64,000 nt of DNA. Source: Acidobacteriota bacterium. GTDB lineage: Bacteria > Acidobacteriota > UBA890 > WLXD01. Each line of letters begins with the position of its first letter. The first letter of the stretch is position 1. A program made the position numbers and the translations under genes. Where the stretch lies: positions 1,536,001 to 1,600,000 of the forward strand of contig CAXWPL010000005.1 of the NCBI GenBank assembly GCA_963666215.2, given 5' to 3'. Below are positions 10,623 to 20,377 of the stretch, in pieces. The notes beneath the pieces were generated by a model. It had not been told where the DNA came from. It saw only the letters and a list, made by a program, of their open reading frames with translations, and searched no databases.

Positions 10623-10912
10623 ACGTGCGGGCCTCGGAGCGGCTCTCTCCACGGGCTGTCTTGAGGAAACAAAGCCTCACCTGGCCAGCGCTAGCGCACC
10701 TGCACCGCGCGAGAGAATCGTTCACCATATCATTCCTACCGATTCTCGCGGTAGATGAGGCCGACTGCCGTTCTGAGCGAACCTCCAGCGTCGACCCTGT
10801 CGGCAGACGAGTATTGAGGAGGCACAAGGTTGCCTTGAAGAGAATTGAGAGAAACGCACCACCCCGGTGTAATCAAGCGGTGTATACTAGTGGTGACTTC
10901 AAAGGCACGCCC

Positions 10913-11119
10913 ATGAGCCGTATGACGATCACGGTCGACCCTGAGCTGTTGGAGCAAGCGAAAGTAGCTCTCGAAGCGCCGACAAAAGCGGAGACCATCC
11001 GCATTGCCCTGTCGGAGGTCGTACGTAGGCGCCGCCTCAGAGCCGCCTTGACGCACCGGGGGCGGATCCAGTTGGATCTCGACCAGGAGGCCTTGCAGCA
11101 GCTCCGGCGAGATCCATGA
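10913..11119 (+). CDS. vapB: VapB-type RHH antitoxin
   Basis: MSRMTITVDPELLEQAK...TKAETIRIAL; ATGA overlap with the PIN gene. Confidence 0.85.
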   Translation: MSRMTITVDPELLEQAKVALEAPTKAETIRIALSEVVRRRRLRAALTHRGRIQLDLDQEALQQLRRDP

Positions 11120-11511
11120 TCGTCGTGGATAGCTCGGCTTTCATAGAGTACTACCGGAGCTCCGGTTTGCGGAGCGTCCAGGATGCCGTTGCAAACGTGA
11201 TCGCCGCGGATCAGGTCGCTGTCAACGGCGTCATCCAGGTTGAGATCTGCTCCTACGCGTCAGGGGACTCGGAGCGTCGGCAACTGGAGGCGGATTTTCA
11301 GGGTTTCCACTGGCTCGACCTCGGGCCTCCAGATTTTGATCTCGCCACCGATCTCGGATTTCAGCTTCGGCGGCTAGGGCTCACCATTCCAGCCACCGAC
11401 CTGATAATCGCAGCCTCTACGATCCTCGCCAACGCGCGCCTCCTTCATCGGGATGCGCACTTCGACCTGCTGGCACAGCACTCGAAGCTTCAGGGCTTTT
11501 CCACAGATTGA
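11116..11511 (+). CDS. vapC: VapC PIN-domain toxin
   Basis: MIVVDSS, E, DLIIAA, LLHRDAHF acidic PIN residues. Confidence 0.9.
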   Translation: MIVVDSSAFIEYYRSSGLRSVQDAVANVIAADQVAVNGVIQVEICSYASGDSERRQLEADFQGFHWLDLGPPDFDLATDLGFQLRRLGLTIPATDLIIAASTILANARLLHRDAHFDLLAQHSKLQGFSTD

Positions 11512-11691
11512 CGAGACGGGAGTAGGAGCCGGAGGGCGTTGAGACGCGGCCCCACGGAGAATACGACGATCAGGCCGAGCCCCAGTCGTCGTAGATAGAG
11601 GAGGCCGCCGGCGAGGGCCGAAGCGGGGCGCTGAGAGGAGAAGGCTCAGGCCCTGGCTACTCCGGGCTTTCCCGGATGTCGCCCTTCAAGC

Positions 11692-11731
11692 TGAAGTTGG
11701 GGCTCGCTCCGCAGACGCAGCAGATCTTCAT
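11692..11731 (-). pseudogene. 13-codon remnant resembling the start of UDP-GlcNAc 2-epimerase (WecB)
   Basis: MKICCVCGASPNF compared with family MKI..V.GARPNF; lies directly downstream of a nucleotide-sugar dehydrogenase. Confidence 0.5.
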
Positions 11732-11754
11732 ATTGGAGATCCGACCCTATGCCT

Positions 11755-12247
11755 TCACACACGGGCATCGACGGAGCTGGGGTCCGAGAAGACGTTGCGC
11801 GTATCTACGACCAGCCCGGCGAGCTTGCCGACGCTCTCCCAGTCAATCGCACGGTGGTCGGTGACGATCAAGACACAGTCCTGCGATCGCAAAAAGTGCT
11901 CGCTCAGAGGCTCCGATGTCAACTCGATGTCGTACCTTCGCATCGGCGGGAAAACGGGGACATGGGGGTCGTGGTACGAAACCTCGGCTCCCTCCGCTAA
12001 AAGGCGCTTGATGATTTCGGCCGCCGGCGTCTCCCGAACGTCCGCTACGTCGGCCTTGTAGGCGATACCGCAGATGAGGATTCGGGCTCCCCGCAGTGCC
12101 TTACCCTCATCGTTGAGGGCCGTGGCCACGCGGGAGATTACAAAGTTGGGCATCCACGCGTTGATCGCCCCGGCCAGCTCGATGAAACGTGTGTTGAGGC
12201 CCACCTCTTTCGCCTTCCAGGTCAGATAGAAGGGATCGATGGGAATG
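11755..12247 (-). pseudogene. UDP-glucose/GDP-mannose dehydrogenase family, C-terminal half
   Basis: IPIDPFYLTWKA, GIAYKADVADVRETP, YHDPHV, VTDH, DTRN. Cut by IS5 at the position of the catalytic Cys. Confidence 0.9.
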
Positions 12248-13357
12248 GGCGTTGGTGCATGAATCGACTTCGGCCCCGACGGTAGCATTGGCTCGGGATC
12301 CCGACCATTCATGGAGGGGGGCGATGCCATGGCCGCACGCAAGTCGAGCCGAGTCAACCGCGAGTACAAGACGAAGTACAGGGTCAGAAACTGGAGCGAG
12401 TACGAGTGTGGCCTCAGGAGCCGTGGCGATGTCACGATCTGGTTGAGCGAGGAGGCGATCGCTGCGTGGACGCCACAGAAGAACGGTCTGCGCGGAGGGC
12501 AGCGACGATACTCGAACCTCGCGATCTTGACCGGGTTGACGCTGCGCGCCGTGTTCCGCCTACCGCTTCGCCAGACCGAGGGATTCCTGGACTCGCTGCT
12601 GAGCTTGATGGGCCTGGACCTCAAGGCCCCAGACCACACCACACTCTCGCGCCGGAACCAGGACGTCGAGGTGCCACCCCTGACCCGAGCCCAGGACGGC
12701 CCGATGCACCTGGTGGTCGATTCCACGGGGCTCAAGATCCTGGGTTCTGGCGAGTGGAACCAGCACAAGTACAAGGCATCGAGGAAGCGCCGGGACTGGC
12801 GGAAGCTGCACAGCGGAGTGGATGACGAGGGCTTCATCGTGGCGGCCGAGCTCACGGCGAGCAGCGAGGGCGACGCCTCCACGCTCCCTGATCTCCTCGC
12901 CCAGATCGAGGTTCCAATCCGGCGTTTCACGGCAGACGGGGCCTATGACCACAGGTCGATCTACGATCGGGTCGCGGCGGCCGGTACAGAGGACATCATG
13001 ATCGTGATCCCACCTCGTCGCTCGGCGGTGTGTGCGGGGCCCACGGACGGCCCGTGGGCGCAGCGAGAAGCGGCTCTTCAGAGGATTCGTGAGGTCGGAC
13101 GACGAGAGTGGCAGAAGGAGTCGGGTTACCGACAGCAGGCTCGCGTTGAGAACGGGTTCTTCCGATACAAGTCACGGCTCGGAGGCGACCTGAAGGCGAG
13201 CAACAGCAAGGCGCAGACGAGAGAGGCCATGATCGGGTGTTTCACATCCTTAACCGGATGGCAGGGCTCGGCAGGCCAGAGTCCTACGCTGTGTCGTGAC
13301 GGAATGGCTGGGAAAAGCGGCCCAGGCTCGCTCTGGGTCGAATCGTGCAACAGCGCC
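12248..13357 (+). mobile_element. IS5-family insertion sequence, copy 2 (transposase with 2-nt insertion near 3' end)
   Basis: IRs GGCGTTGGTGCATGAATC and rc GGCGCTGTTGCACGATTC; close paralog of 8-1123. Extra TT near 13240 alters the C-terminus. Flanks differ, no TSD. Confidence 0.92.
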
Positions 13358-14104
13358 CTAACGCGGTAACAGACGACCGACGAACGACTCGGCGAAGGAC
13401 CCAGGAGGCGACGGCGTCAGCTGCTCCGGGGCACAGATCTGTCGGATCGTGCCACCTTCGAGGATGGCTACCCGGTCGGCCAGGGCGCCGGCCTCGTCGG
13501 GATCGTGGGTGACCAGAAGCGTCGGCACCTGGCGCTCGGCAAGCAGCTCACGCACCAAACCGATGAGCTGTTCCTTCAGCGCGATGTCCAGACTCCCAAA
13601 AGGCTCGTCAAGCAGCAGAGCTGTTGGCTCGTAGACCAAAGCGCGCGCCAGAGCTACCCGCTGACGCTCGCCTCCAGACAAGTCTCCAGGGTAGGCGCGA
13701 CCTCGGTCGCCCAGGCCCACTCTTTCCAGCCACTCATCCACCAGCACGTGTCGATCGGACCTCTTGAAGCCCTTGGCCGAGAGCACGAACCCGAGATTGC
13801 GCGCGACGGTGAGGTGCGGCCACAGAGCCAGATCCTGAAAGACGACGGCGAGGTTCCTCTCCTCCGGAGGAACGAGAATCCGCGCGCCTCGGCTCACCTC
13901 GCGTCCCGCGATACGGACGACACCCTGGCGCGGCCGAGCTAGACCGAGCACGGCACGCAAGAGAGTCGTCTTGCCAGTTCCCGAGGCTCCCGCCACCGCG
14001 ACCACCTCGCCTTGCGCGACGGCGAGCGAGAGATCGTGGACGACGGCCCTAGTGCCGAATGCGAGCTCGAGGCCCTCGATCTGGAGAACGGTCGATTCTT
14101 TCAC
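13358..14104 (-). CDS. ABC transporter ATP-binding protein (FbpC/Fe3+-type)
   Basis: GASGTGKT, VFQDLALWPHLTV, LSGGERQRVALAR, LLLDEPF, VTHD. GTG start overlaps the permease stop. Confidence 0.92.
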   Translation of the reverse strand: MKESTVLQIEGLELAFGTRAVVHDLSLAVAQGEVVAVAGASGTGKTTLLRAVLGLARPRQGVVRIAGREVSRGARILVPPEERNLAVVFQDLALWPHLTVARNLGFVLSAKGFKRSDRHVLVDEWLERVGLGDRGRAYPGDLSGGERQRVALARALVYEPTALLLDEPFGSLDIALKEQLIGLVRELLAERQVPTLLVTHDPDEAGALADRVAILEGGTIRQICAPEQLTPSPPGSFAESFVGRLLPR

Positions 14105-15735
14105 CGGCGTCGAGCCCCCAACGACAGCAGCAGCGAGCCCACGGTCACCGCCCCGGCTACCAGCACCACTTGAACCAGCGCCAGTGCGGCCACGAGCCGC
14201 GGAGGTCCGTTGGCTTCGAGGGTGAAGAGGCGCACCGTTAGCGGCTCTGCGCCAGGCGGATAGAAGAGGACGACGGTATCGAGGTCTCGCATACAGAAGA
14301 CAAGAGTGAGCAGAAAGGCCAGCGCCAACCCCCGCCAGTGGGGCCGTAGCACTAACATGACGAGCCGGCGCAAGAAAGACGCGCCGGCAACCTGGCCGCC
14401 CTCCTCCAGCTGCGGCGAAGACTGCGCGAACGCAACGGCCGAGGAGCGGACCGCCAGAATCGCGTACCGACCACAGCCGGCGATCACCAGAATCGCGGTC
14501 GTTGTATACACCCACTGAGTCGCCGGCCGGTTCCAGGCCGAGATCAACCCCACGCCGAGCACAGCCGACGGCATCACGAAAGCGAGAAAGAGACAGCCGT
14601 CCAAGATCGACGCAATCCTCGACCTCCGCACCAGGGCGTGCCCGACAACGCAAGCGATCGCGGTGGCAGCGGCGGCCGCTATAAACGCCGTCGACAGGCT
14701 CGTCCAAAGACTGTCGCCCAACGCCAGCTTCTGCCCTGGCCGAATCGGGCCTACCATCGCACGCCAGACCAGGCCCGCGAGCGGAGCCACCCCCGCTGCC
14801 GCCAATGCGAGCACGACCGCTGTCGCAAGGCTCCGCCAACGTCCCAGCTCTATCGGCTGTCGTGACTCGCGAAGGCCGAGCAGATCGAAGCGGCGCCGAC
14901 CGAAGAGTCGGCGCTCGGCGACGACCAGGAGAAGACCGGCGACAAGCAGCGGCGTCGCCAGTGCGACCGCCTCGCCGGGGTTGAAGTCGATCCCCGCCAA
15001 GCGGGAAAACACGACTTCGCTGTAGGCGCGCGTGCCAAAAAACAGAGGCACCCCGAGCTCGGAGATGGCCAGCGAAAAGACGACGACAGAGGCGAGGGCG
15101 ACGGCAGGCGCGGCGCCCGGGAGCAGGACCGAGCGGAACACGTGCAGCGGCCTAGCCACCACCAGAGCCGCCTCTTCGAGAGAAGGCTCGATGCCGCGCA
15201 GCGCAAACGCGGTCAGGGTGGTCACGATCGGCGCCAGCGCGAAGGTCAGCACCCAAGTCACGGCCGGCTCACCAGAGAGCGAACGACCGCCGATACCGGC
15301 GCCGGCCACACCGCTCAGATCGACGAGGTGAAACCAACCCAGTGCCAGTAGGAAAGGCGGCAGAAAGAGCGGGAAGGCATGGACCAGCCACAGTATGCGC
15401 CGCAGCGGAAGATCACTGCGGCCGAAAAGGCACCCCAGCGGGATGCCGACGGCCAGGGAAAGGAGGGTCACGAGGAGAGCTCGTGCTGCAGAGCGAAGAA
15501 AAAGCGCCCACAGATCCCACCGCTGAAGAAGGCTGAGACTGTCGACAGTAGACGAAGTCAGCTCGGCCACGAGGGCGAGAAGAGGCAGGGAGGCGACGAG
15601 CGCGACGCAGACCGTCGCGAGCACGAGCGCGCCGACTCGCTGGTAACGTCGCCAGCGTTCGTGCACGGCCGTGTGCAGCCAGCCGTGACCGACCCCAGCG
15701 CCAAGGCTCAGAGACCGACCCATTCGCGGAGCCAC
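14101..15735 (-). CDS. ABC transporter permease (FbpB-like, duplicated TM module)
   Basis: Two EAA-like loops (SLEEAA, QLEEGG) and many TM helices. Start uncertain. Confidence 0.9.
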   Translation of the reverse strand: MAPRMGRSLSLGAGVGHGWLHTAVHERWRRYQRVGALVLATVCVALVASLPLLALVAELTSSTVDSLSLLQRWDLWALFLRSAARALLVTLLSLAVGIPLGCLFGRSDLPLRRILWLVHAFPLFLPPFLLALGWFHLVDLSGVAGAGIGGRSLSGEPAVTWVLTFALAPIVTTLTAFALRGIEPSLEEAALVVARPLHVFRSVLLPGAAPAVALASVVVFSLAISELGVPLFFGTRAYSEVVFSRLAGIDFNPGEAVALATPLLVAGLLLVVAERRLFGRRRFDLLGLRESRQPIELGRWRSLATAVVLALAAAGVAPLAGLVWRAMVGPIRPGQKLALGDSLWTSLSTAFIAAAAATAIACVVGHALVRRSRIASILDGCLFLAFVMPSAVLGVGLISAWNRPATQWVYTTTAILVIAGCGRYAILAVRSSAVAFAQSSPQLEEGGQVAGASFLRRLVMLVLRPHWRGLALAFLLTLVFCMRDLDTVVLFYPPGAEPLTVRLFTLEANGPPRLVAALALVQVVLVAGAVTVGSLLLSLGARRR

Positions 15736-16730
15736 GGTTGCAAGCTCTCCATCGTTTTCGCTACTTCGGCGTAGTCGACCTGCATCGCGTTCAGGCTCGA
15801 CACCGCTGGTACCGAAGCAGGGGCCACCGTGTCGTCGCGGAGCGGCATGTGAGCGGCGCTCATTGCCAACAGACGTTCGCTTGTGGCAGAGAGAAGACAG
15901 TCGACGAGGCGTCTGCCCGCAGCAGGATGTGGCGCACCCGCGATCAGCACCACGGAGGTCGGCATCACCAGGGTTCCGATGCCGTCCTGGTCCGGGTAGG
16001 CAACCTCGACGGGATCACCTTCCGAGAGCGCGACGAACGCATCGTCGGTGTCAGTCAGTCCGAAAGCCACCTGCCCAGAAGCGACGAGACGTCTCACCTC
16101 ACCGTTCGAGCTGGCGACGCGCACCTGGTTGTCCTGAAGGGCCTCGAGGAAGGCGCGTGCCTCATCTACGCCCCAGATCACCGCCAGCGCGGCGACGTGC
16201 ATGGTGGTGGTGCCGAAGAGCGGATTGGCGATGGCGCTCTGCCCACGCCAGCGCGGATCGGCAAGATCGCGGATCGAGTCGGGGCGATCCCCCTCGGAGA
16301 GGAGCTCACGATTCACCAGCAAGACGCGGGCCCGCGCCGCGATGCCAGTCCAGGTTCCGTCCTCGGCGCGGAACCCCACCGGCACGGCAGCCGCCTCCGG
16401 AGAGACGTAGGGGTCGATGAGACCACGTTCGTCGAGCAGAAACGGCCGCACCGGGTCTCCGGACCAGAAGACGTCGGCCTGCGGATGGTCGGCCTCGGCG
16501 AGGAGACGATTGAGAATGCCGGTGCTCTTCGTCTCCTCGGTGTCGAAGACGCCCCTGACTCGGAGCCCGAGGCGCTCCTCGCACGAGCGGAAGACGGGCT
16601 CGGAGAACACCTGATCGACTGAGGTGTAGACCACGACTTCGCCCTCGCCACTGCCAGAGCCACATCCGAGGGCGAAGACGGAAACTAGCGCGAAGCCGAG
16701 CAGGGCACAGTTGCTGACAGGTTTCCTCAT
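15708..16730 (-). CDS. ABC substrate-binding lipoprotein (Fe3+/FbpA-like)
   Basis: Lipobox ALGC, VVVYTSVDQ, PQADVFW, ANPLFGTT, GLTDTDD. Confidence 0.88.
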   Translation of the reverse strand: MRKPVSNCALLGFALVSVFALGCGSGSGEGEVVVYTSVDQVFSEPVFRSCEERLGLRVRGVFDTEETKSTGILNRLLAEADHPQADVFWSGDPVRPFLLDERGLIDPYVSPEAAAVPVGFRAEDGTWTGIAARARVLLVNRELLSEGDRPDSIRDLADPRWRGQSAIANPLFGTTTMHVAALAVIWGVDEARAFLEALQDNQVRVASSNGEVRRLVASGQVAFGLTDTDDAFVALSEGDPVEVAYPDQDGIGTLVMPTSVVLIAGAPHPAAGRRLVDCLLSATSERLLAMSAAHMPLRDDTVAPASVPAVSSLNAMQVDYAEVAKTMESLQPWLREWVGL

Positions 16731-16734
16731 GGCA

Positions 16735-17526
16735 TCAGTCGCCTTCGGTCAGATCGGCGGCCTCGCCGCTTGCCCCTTCATCGAAGGTCGCCAAGCGCAG
16801 ATCGTCGAACCAGGTGACGCTGTCGGCTTTGGTCCACAGGCCCACGCGCCCCGGGTTCTGGAAAGTCTCGTCAGTCACCTGGAACAGCTCGCGACCGTCG
16901 AGAAAGGCAGTGAAGAGCTGCCCCTCTGCGCGCACGCCGAGCTTCGACCAGGACCGCAACGGCACGTCGACGTCTATGCCGTAGGAACGTCCCTTGCCGA
17001 GGAGAGGAAGATCTGTCCGCTCGCCGTTCTCCATCTTGTAGAGGACCACATTGTCTTCGAGAGCGTTCGCCCGCAGGACATAGTAGTTGTCGGGGTCCTG
17101 GTACCTCCATATCAAGCCGATGGCCTGGTCCTTTGTGCCCGAGACTGGATGGCCCATCACCGACAGCTCCACATCGCGCGCCCGAGGCGCGTCGAGCACC
17201 AACAGCGGAAAGCGGTAGTTGGTGCGATCGACGTCGAGCTGCGCGACTGCGAGGTGGCCGGACGGAGCGGGTCCGGCCTCGATCACCTCCCACCGGCCCT
17301 CGGCACCGCGACCTGAGTGGGCCGCTGAGAAGCCGTGGGGAAGCATGCCGAGCGGATCCCCCTCGAAATCGTAGAGCTGTGAAGACGGCACGTTTTCCAG
17401 GCCAGCCTGCTCGCCTGCGGCGGCCCCTGCACTCGCGGCCGCCGGGTCATCTTTTCCCCTGGGCTCACCGCAGGCGACAGCCCAGAGCAGCAATAGGACG
17501 GTCGGGCCGAGCGTTCTGTGTTTCAT
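16735..17526 (-). CDS. Lipoprotein with ConA/LamG-like (DUF1080-type) domain
   Basis: Lipobox AVAC, DQAIGLIWRYQD.DNYY, W..L.V, GRVGLWTKADSVTWFDD. First gene of the ABC operon. Confidence 0.7.
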   Translation of the reverse strand: MKHRTLGPTVLLLLWAVACGEPRGKDDPAAASAGAAAGEQAGLENVPSSQLYDFEGDPLGMLPHGFSAAHSGRGAEGRWEVIEAGPAPSGHLAVAQLDVDRTNYRFPLLVLDAPRARDVELSVMGHPVSGTKDQAIGLIWRYQDPDNYYVLRANALEDNVVLYKMENGERTDLPLLGKGRSYGIDVDVPLRSWSKLGVRAEGQLFTAFLDGRELFQVTDETFQNPGRVGLWTKADSVTWFDDLRLATFDEGASGEAADLTEGD

Positions 17527-17680
17527 GCAGGGCACCTTTCTGGCCAACAAGGCTACCGCTAGCTAGTTGTAACACGATCATCTCGCTCCGAGTGTCATTA
17601 CTCCTTCTACGCCCTTCAGGTATTAGCCTCCGCGGATTGATGGCAGCTGCGAAGGGAGATTACGGAAGAGCCCTTGGGAG

Positions 17681-18487
17681 AGCATTGTCAACTTGGCCTT
17701 GGCCGAGGCGAGATCTGGCGTCATCAAGGGTTGGTCGGCTCGGATTCAGCGGGCGCACGTCACCTGCCGCCAGACGCCGAAAGAACGATCTCTCAGCGTA
17801 CGGTGGTCGCCTGCGCTCACGAGATGCCGCCCGACGCGGAAAAGGTTCCGGATGACTCCGTGAGCGGAGAGGAATCGCTGCGCCTGGCCGGGCGACTTGA
17901 AGCGGCGCATCTTTCGCTCTCGCTGCCGGGTCGGCTGATGGGAGACCTCAGCCCGATTGTTCGCGTACTGGCTCGTATCGTGCCTGACGGAGGGCATGGT
18001 GGTCCGATGCGCTGCGCCATAACTCCTCAGCTTGTCGGTCACCAGGAGCACCGGTTCTGCCCCTTGGCCCTTCAAGAGCTTGCGGAAGAAGCGTTCCGCT
18101 GCTTTTCGATCACGGCGTGGCTGCACGAGGATGTCGATCACACCTCCGTCCTGATCGATGGCACGCCAAAGATACTGCCGCTGGCCCTGGATATTCACGA
18201 AGACTTCGTCCAAGAACCACGTGTCACCGAGTCGGCCGCCTCGCCGCTTCAAGTTGCGGGCGTACTCGGTGCCGAACTTCCGGCACCATTGACGGATGGT
18301 CTCGTAGGAGACGACGATTCCTCGCTCCGCCAGAAGATCCTCGACGTCGCGAAGGCTCAGGCAGAAGCGATGATAGAGCCAGACTGCGTGAGTGATGATC
18401 TCGGGCGGAAACCGGTGACCGCGGTAGCTGGGCGTGCTGCTTTTCATGGGCCGACTCTGCCACCCATCGGCTCAACCTGACAGTACC
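17681..18487 (-). mobile_element. IS6-family insertion sequence, copy 2
   Basis: Same ends as 2109-2913 (one terminal G changed to A at 17681), opposite orientation. Confidence 0.92.
17746..18447 (-). CDS. IS6-family transposase (intact)
   Basis: 233 aa with LDEVF, VTDKLRSY, NNRAE.SH DDE motifs. Confidence 0.93.
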   Translation of the reverse strand: MKSSTPSYRGHRFPPEIITHAVWLYHRFCLSLRDVEDLLAERGIVVSYETIRQWCRKFGTEYARNLKRRGGRLGDTWFLDEVFVNIQGQRQYLWRAIDQDGGVIDILVQPRRDRKAAERFFRKLLKGQGAEPVLLVTDKLRSYGAAHRTTMPSVRHDTSQYANNRAEVSHQPTRQRERKMRRFKSPGQAQRFLSAHGVIRNLFRVGRHLVSAGDHRTLRDRSFGVWRQVTCAR

Positions 18488-18606
18488 GTCCTGAGGCCTC
18501 GAGATCAGATTCTCCTTGACGCCCTGGGCAAGGATGTAGTCCATGCGCCCGAGCGGCGCCGCTTCTTCCTGCTCACCACGATCGCTTGGTAGCGCCGTCC
18601 CCAGAA

Positions 18607-18750
18607 TATTGGCAACGGTTGGAAAGTGAGCCACTCACCGTTTTAGAAGTGAGCCACCCTCGGCAAGTTTGAGTGTACGAGAATTCTCTCCGTTTCTCCT
18701 TTTCTTCAGTTCTTTAGATCGAGCTCGTCGTCGCGGCTACGGTAGCCAGC
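18607..18750 (-). mobile_element. IS21-family terminal remnant
   Basis: TATTGGCAACG end with AAGTGAGCCAC repeated at 18624 and 18647. On the minus strand, YRSRDDELDLKN* could be an IstB tail. Confidence 0.6.
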
Positions 18751-18814
18751 CTAGCTGCCGCCGCTCTCGTTCAGGGCGCGGCCAGCATCGCCAGCCTCGG
18801 CAGCCGGGCTCGGT

Positions 18815-19963
18815 CTACAGATCGAAGGGCGCCAGGAAGTGCCACTTGTCCCGAGTCTCGCCGGCATTCTTGATCGCTTCGCGCGAATCCAGAATCGCCT
18901 TGCCGGCAAGCGTCTTATGGAAGAACCAGCGTGTCGCCTCGTACGCTTCCGGCGTGTGGTCGGCAAGCGCGATGGCGGCCATCTCGTAGTAGCCGCGGAT
19001 ATCCTGGGCGACACGGGCGGGAATGCCCGGGATACCCGCTTTCTTCCAGTGGGTTCCCTCGGCGCAGCGGGCAAAGGCCCCGACCGCCTCGGGGATCTGG
19101 TCGGCGTCCACCGTCCGACCGGTGCCCACCGCGTTTCCCCAGTCCGAGACGGCGCGATCGTAGGCGCCGCGAATGCCGAGTGCCTCGTCGACCGCGGGGT
19201 GCGCGTCGGGGTCGTGGCGCGGCGGCAGCGGGCACGCCAACGCGGTCTCGCCGTCATCGATGATCGTGTCGGGAAAGTCCTCGATGGTCTGCTCGCTGAC
19301 GCGATCAACCATGCTCAGCGCCTGCCATAGAACGTGGTGCTGGAATTCGGCATCATTGGGCCGCCCCAGAGGACGGCCGAGCGGGAAGTTGCAGTAGAGA
19401 CCGCGCGGCGCCGCGGTGCCCTCGAGCTGAGCTCGGATCGAGCCCAGAGTCACGGTTGCCATTCCGGCCGCTTCGAAGGCGTGTGCCAGCGTACTCACGG
19501 TACGCGTACAGATCTGTCAGACAGGGGTCAGCAGCACGACGTCGACGCCGGCCTCTCGCAGGATCTTCGCCCCGGCCGGTCCGCTGTCGAGCTGGATGCC
19601 CGAGAGCTGAGGTTGGTTGCCGGCAAACGCCATGTGCACATCCGAGACATGCCCGATCTTGCCCTCGGACTCGAGCTCGCGAAGGCGATCGATGGGGAAA
19701 ACCACGTTGTGGTCCAGAGCGAAGCCGGTGCTATCGAGGCCGGGACTCCAGTGGCTCAGCACCAGATCATCGCGACGGCCGTCGAGCAACCGGAACGAGA
19801 TGTCGTGAGGGGCGTAGTTGTCCTGGTCCGGATGCCGCAATGTCGCCGAGGAGACGATCGCGACCGTGGACTCGGAAAGTGGCTTCGCTGTCGTGAAAAC
19901 TGGATTCTCGGGGGGCAGGCACTCCAGCCCCGCCGTCATCGCCTTGAGCTCTTGATCTCCCAT
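18815..19963 (-). CDS. GrdB/PrdB-like (glycine/betaine/proline reductase selenoprotein B family) selenoprotein, Sec at TGA 19517-19519
   Basis: Track ORFs 19517-20041 and 18815-19498 are in one frame: DHNVVFPIDRLRELESEGKIG..AGVDVVLLTPV-TGA-QICTRTVSTLAHAFEAAG..FPLGRPLG.P, giving UxxC. Confidence 0.9.
19489..19505 (-). promoter_or_regulatory. Bacterial SECIS-like hairpin
   Basis: GCGUAC-CGUGA-GUACGC stem-loop starting 11 nt 3' of the UGA, with G near the start of the apical loop. Confidence 0.75.
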
Positions 19964-20031
19964 GGCACTAGCTATAGCTAGTCTACTCCTCGGGAGGGGC
20001 TCGACGCTAGTAGGTAGAATCGCCCAGCAGC

Positions 20032-20280
20032 ATGACTTCATCGAGGCGACACACTTTCACCGCCTTCGCGCTGGCGCCGCTTCTCGCCGCGACCGTCTTC
20101 GCCTATGAGCCACCACGAACCGCCGACGGCAGACCCGACCTGCAGGGAGTCTGGACCAACTCGTCTCTGACCGGATTGTCGCGCCCGCGAGGGATCGACA
20201 AACGGGTGCTGAGCCCAGACCAGGCCGAGCAGTTGGCTGCTGGCCATTTTCACAACCTCCGCCTGGCCAAAGAGCTCGAG
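20032..20280 (+). pseudogene. N-terminal fragment of a secreted 'PRT.DG.PDLQGVW' family protein
   Basis: Signal peptide plus YEPPRTADGRPDLQGVWTNSSLT.L.RP, then the sequence degenerates. Confidence 0.6.
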
Positions 20281-20377
20281 AAAGGGATAGGCGTTTCCTT
20301 GGGCGCCAGGCATCGTATCGGTTTGGTCGAGCGAACGCATGGGCAGCTCGACGCCGTAATGCGCGGCTCGACGCGCG

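Noticed and set aside
11755-12930. 391-aa ORF as one protein
   Set aside because: Chimera of IS5 antisense sequence and the dehydrogenase C-terminal half.
8-13357. Intact composite transposon bounded by the two IS5 copies
   Set aside because: Outer flanks do not match as a target duplication (left flank only partly visible) and the copies have diverged.
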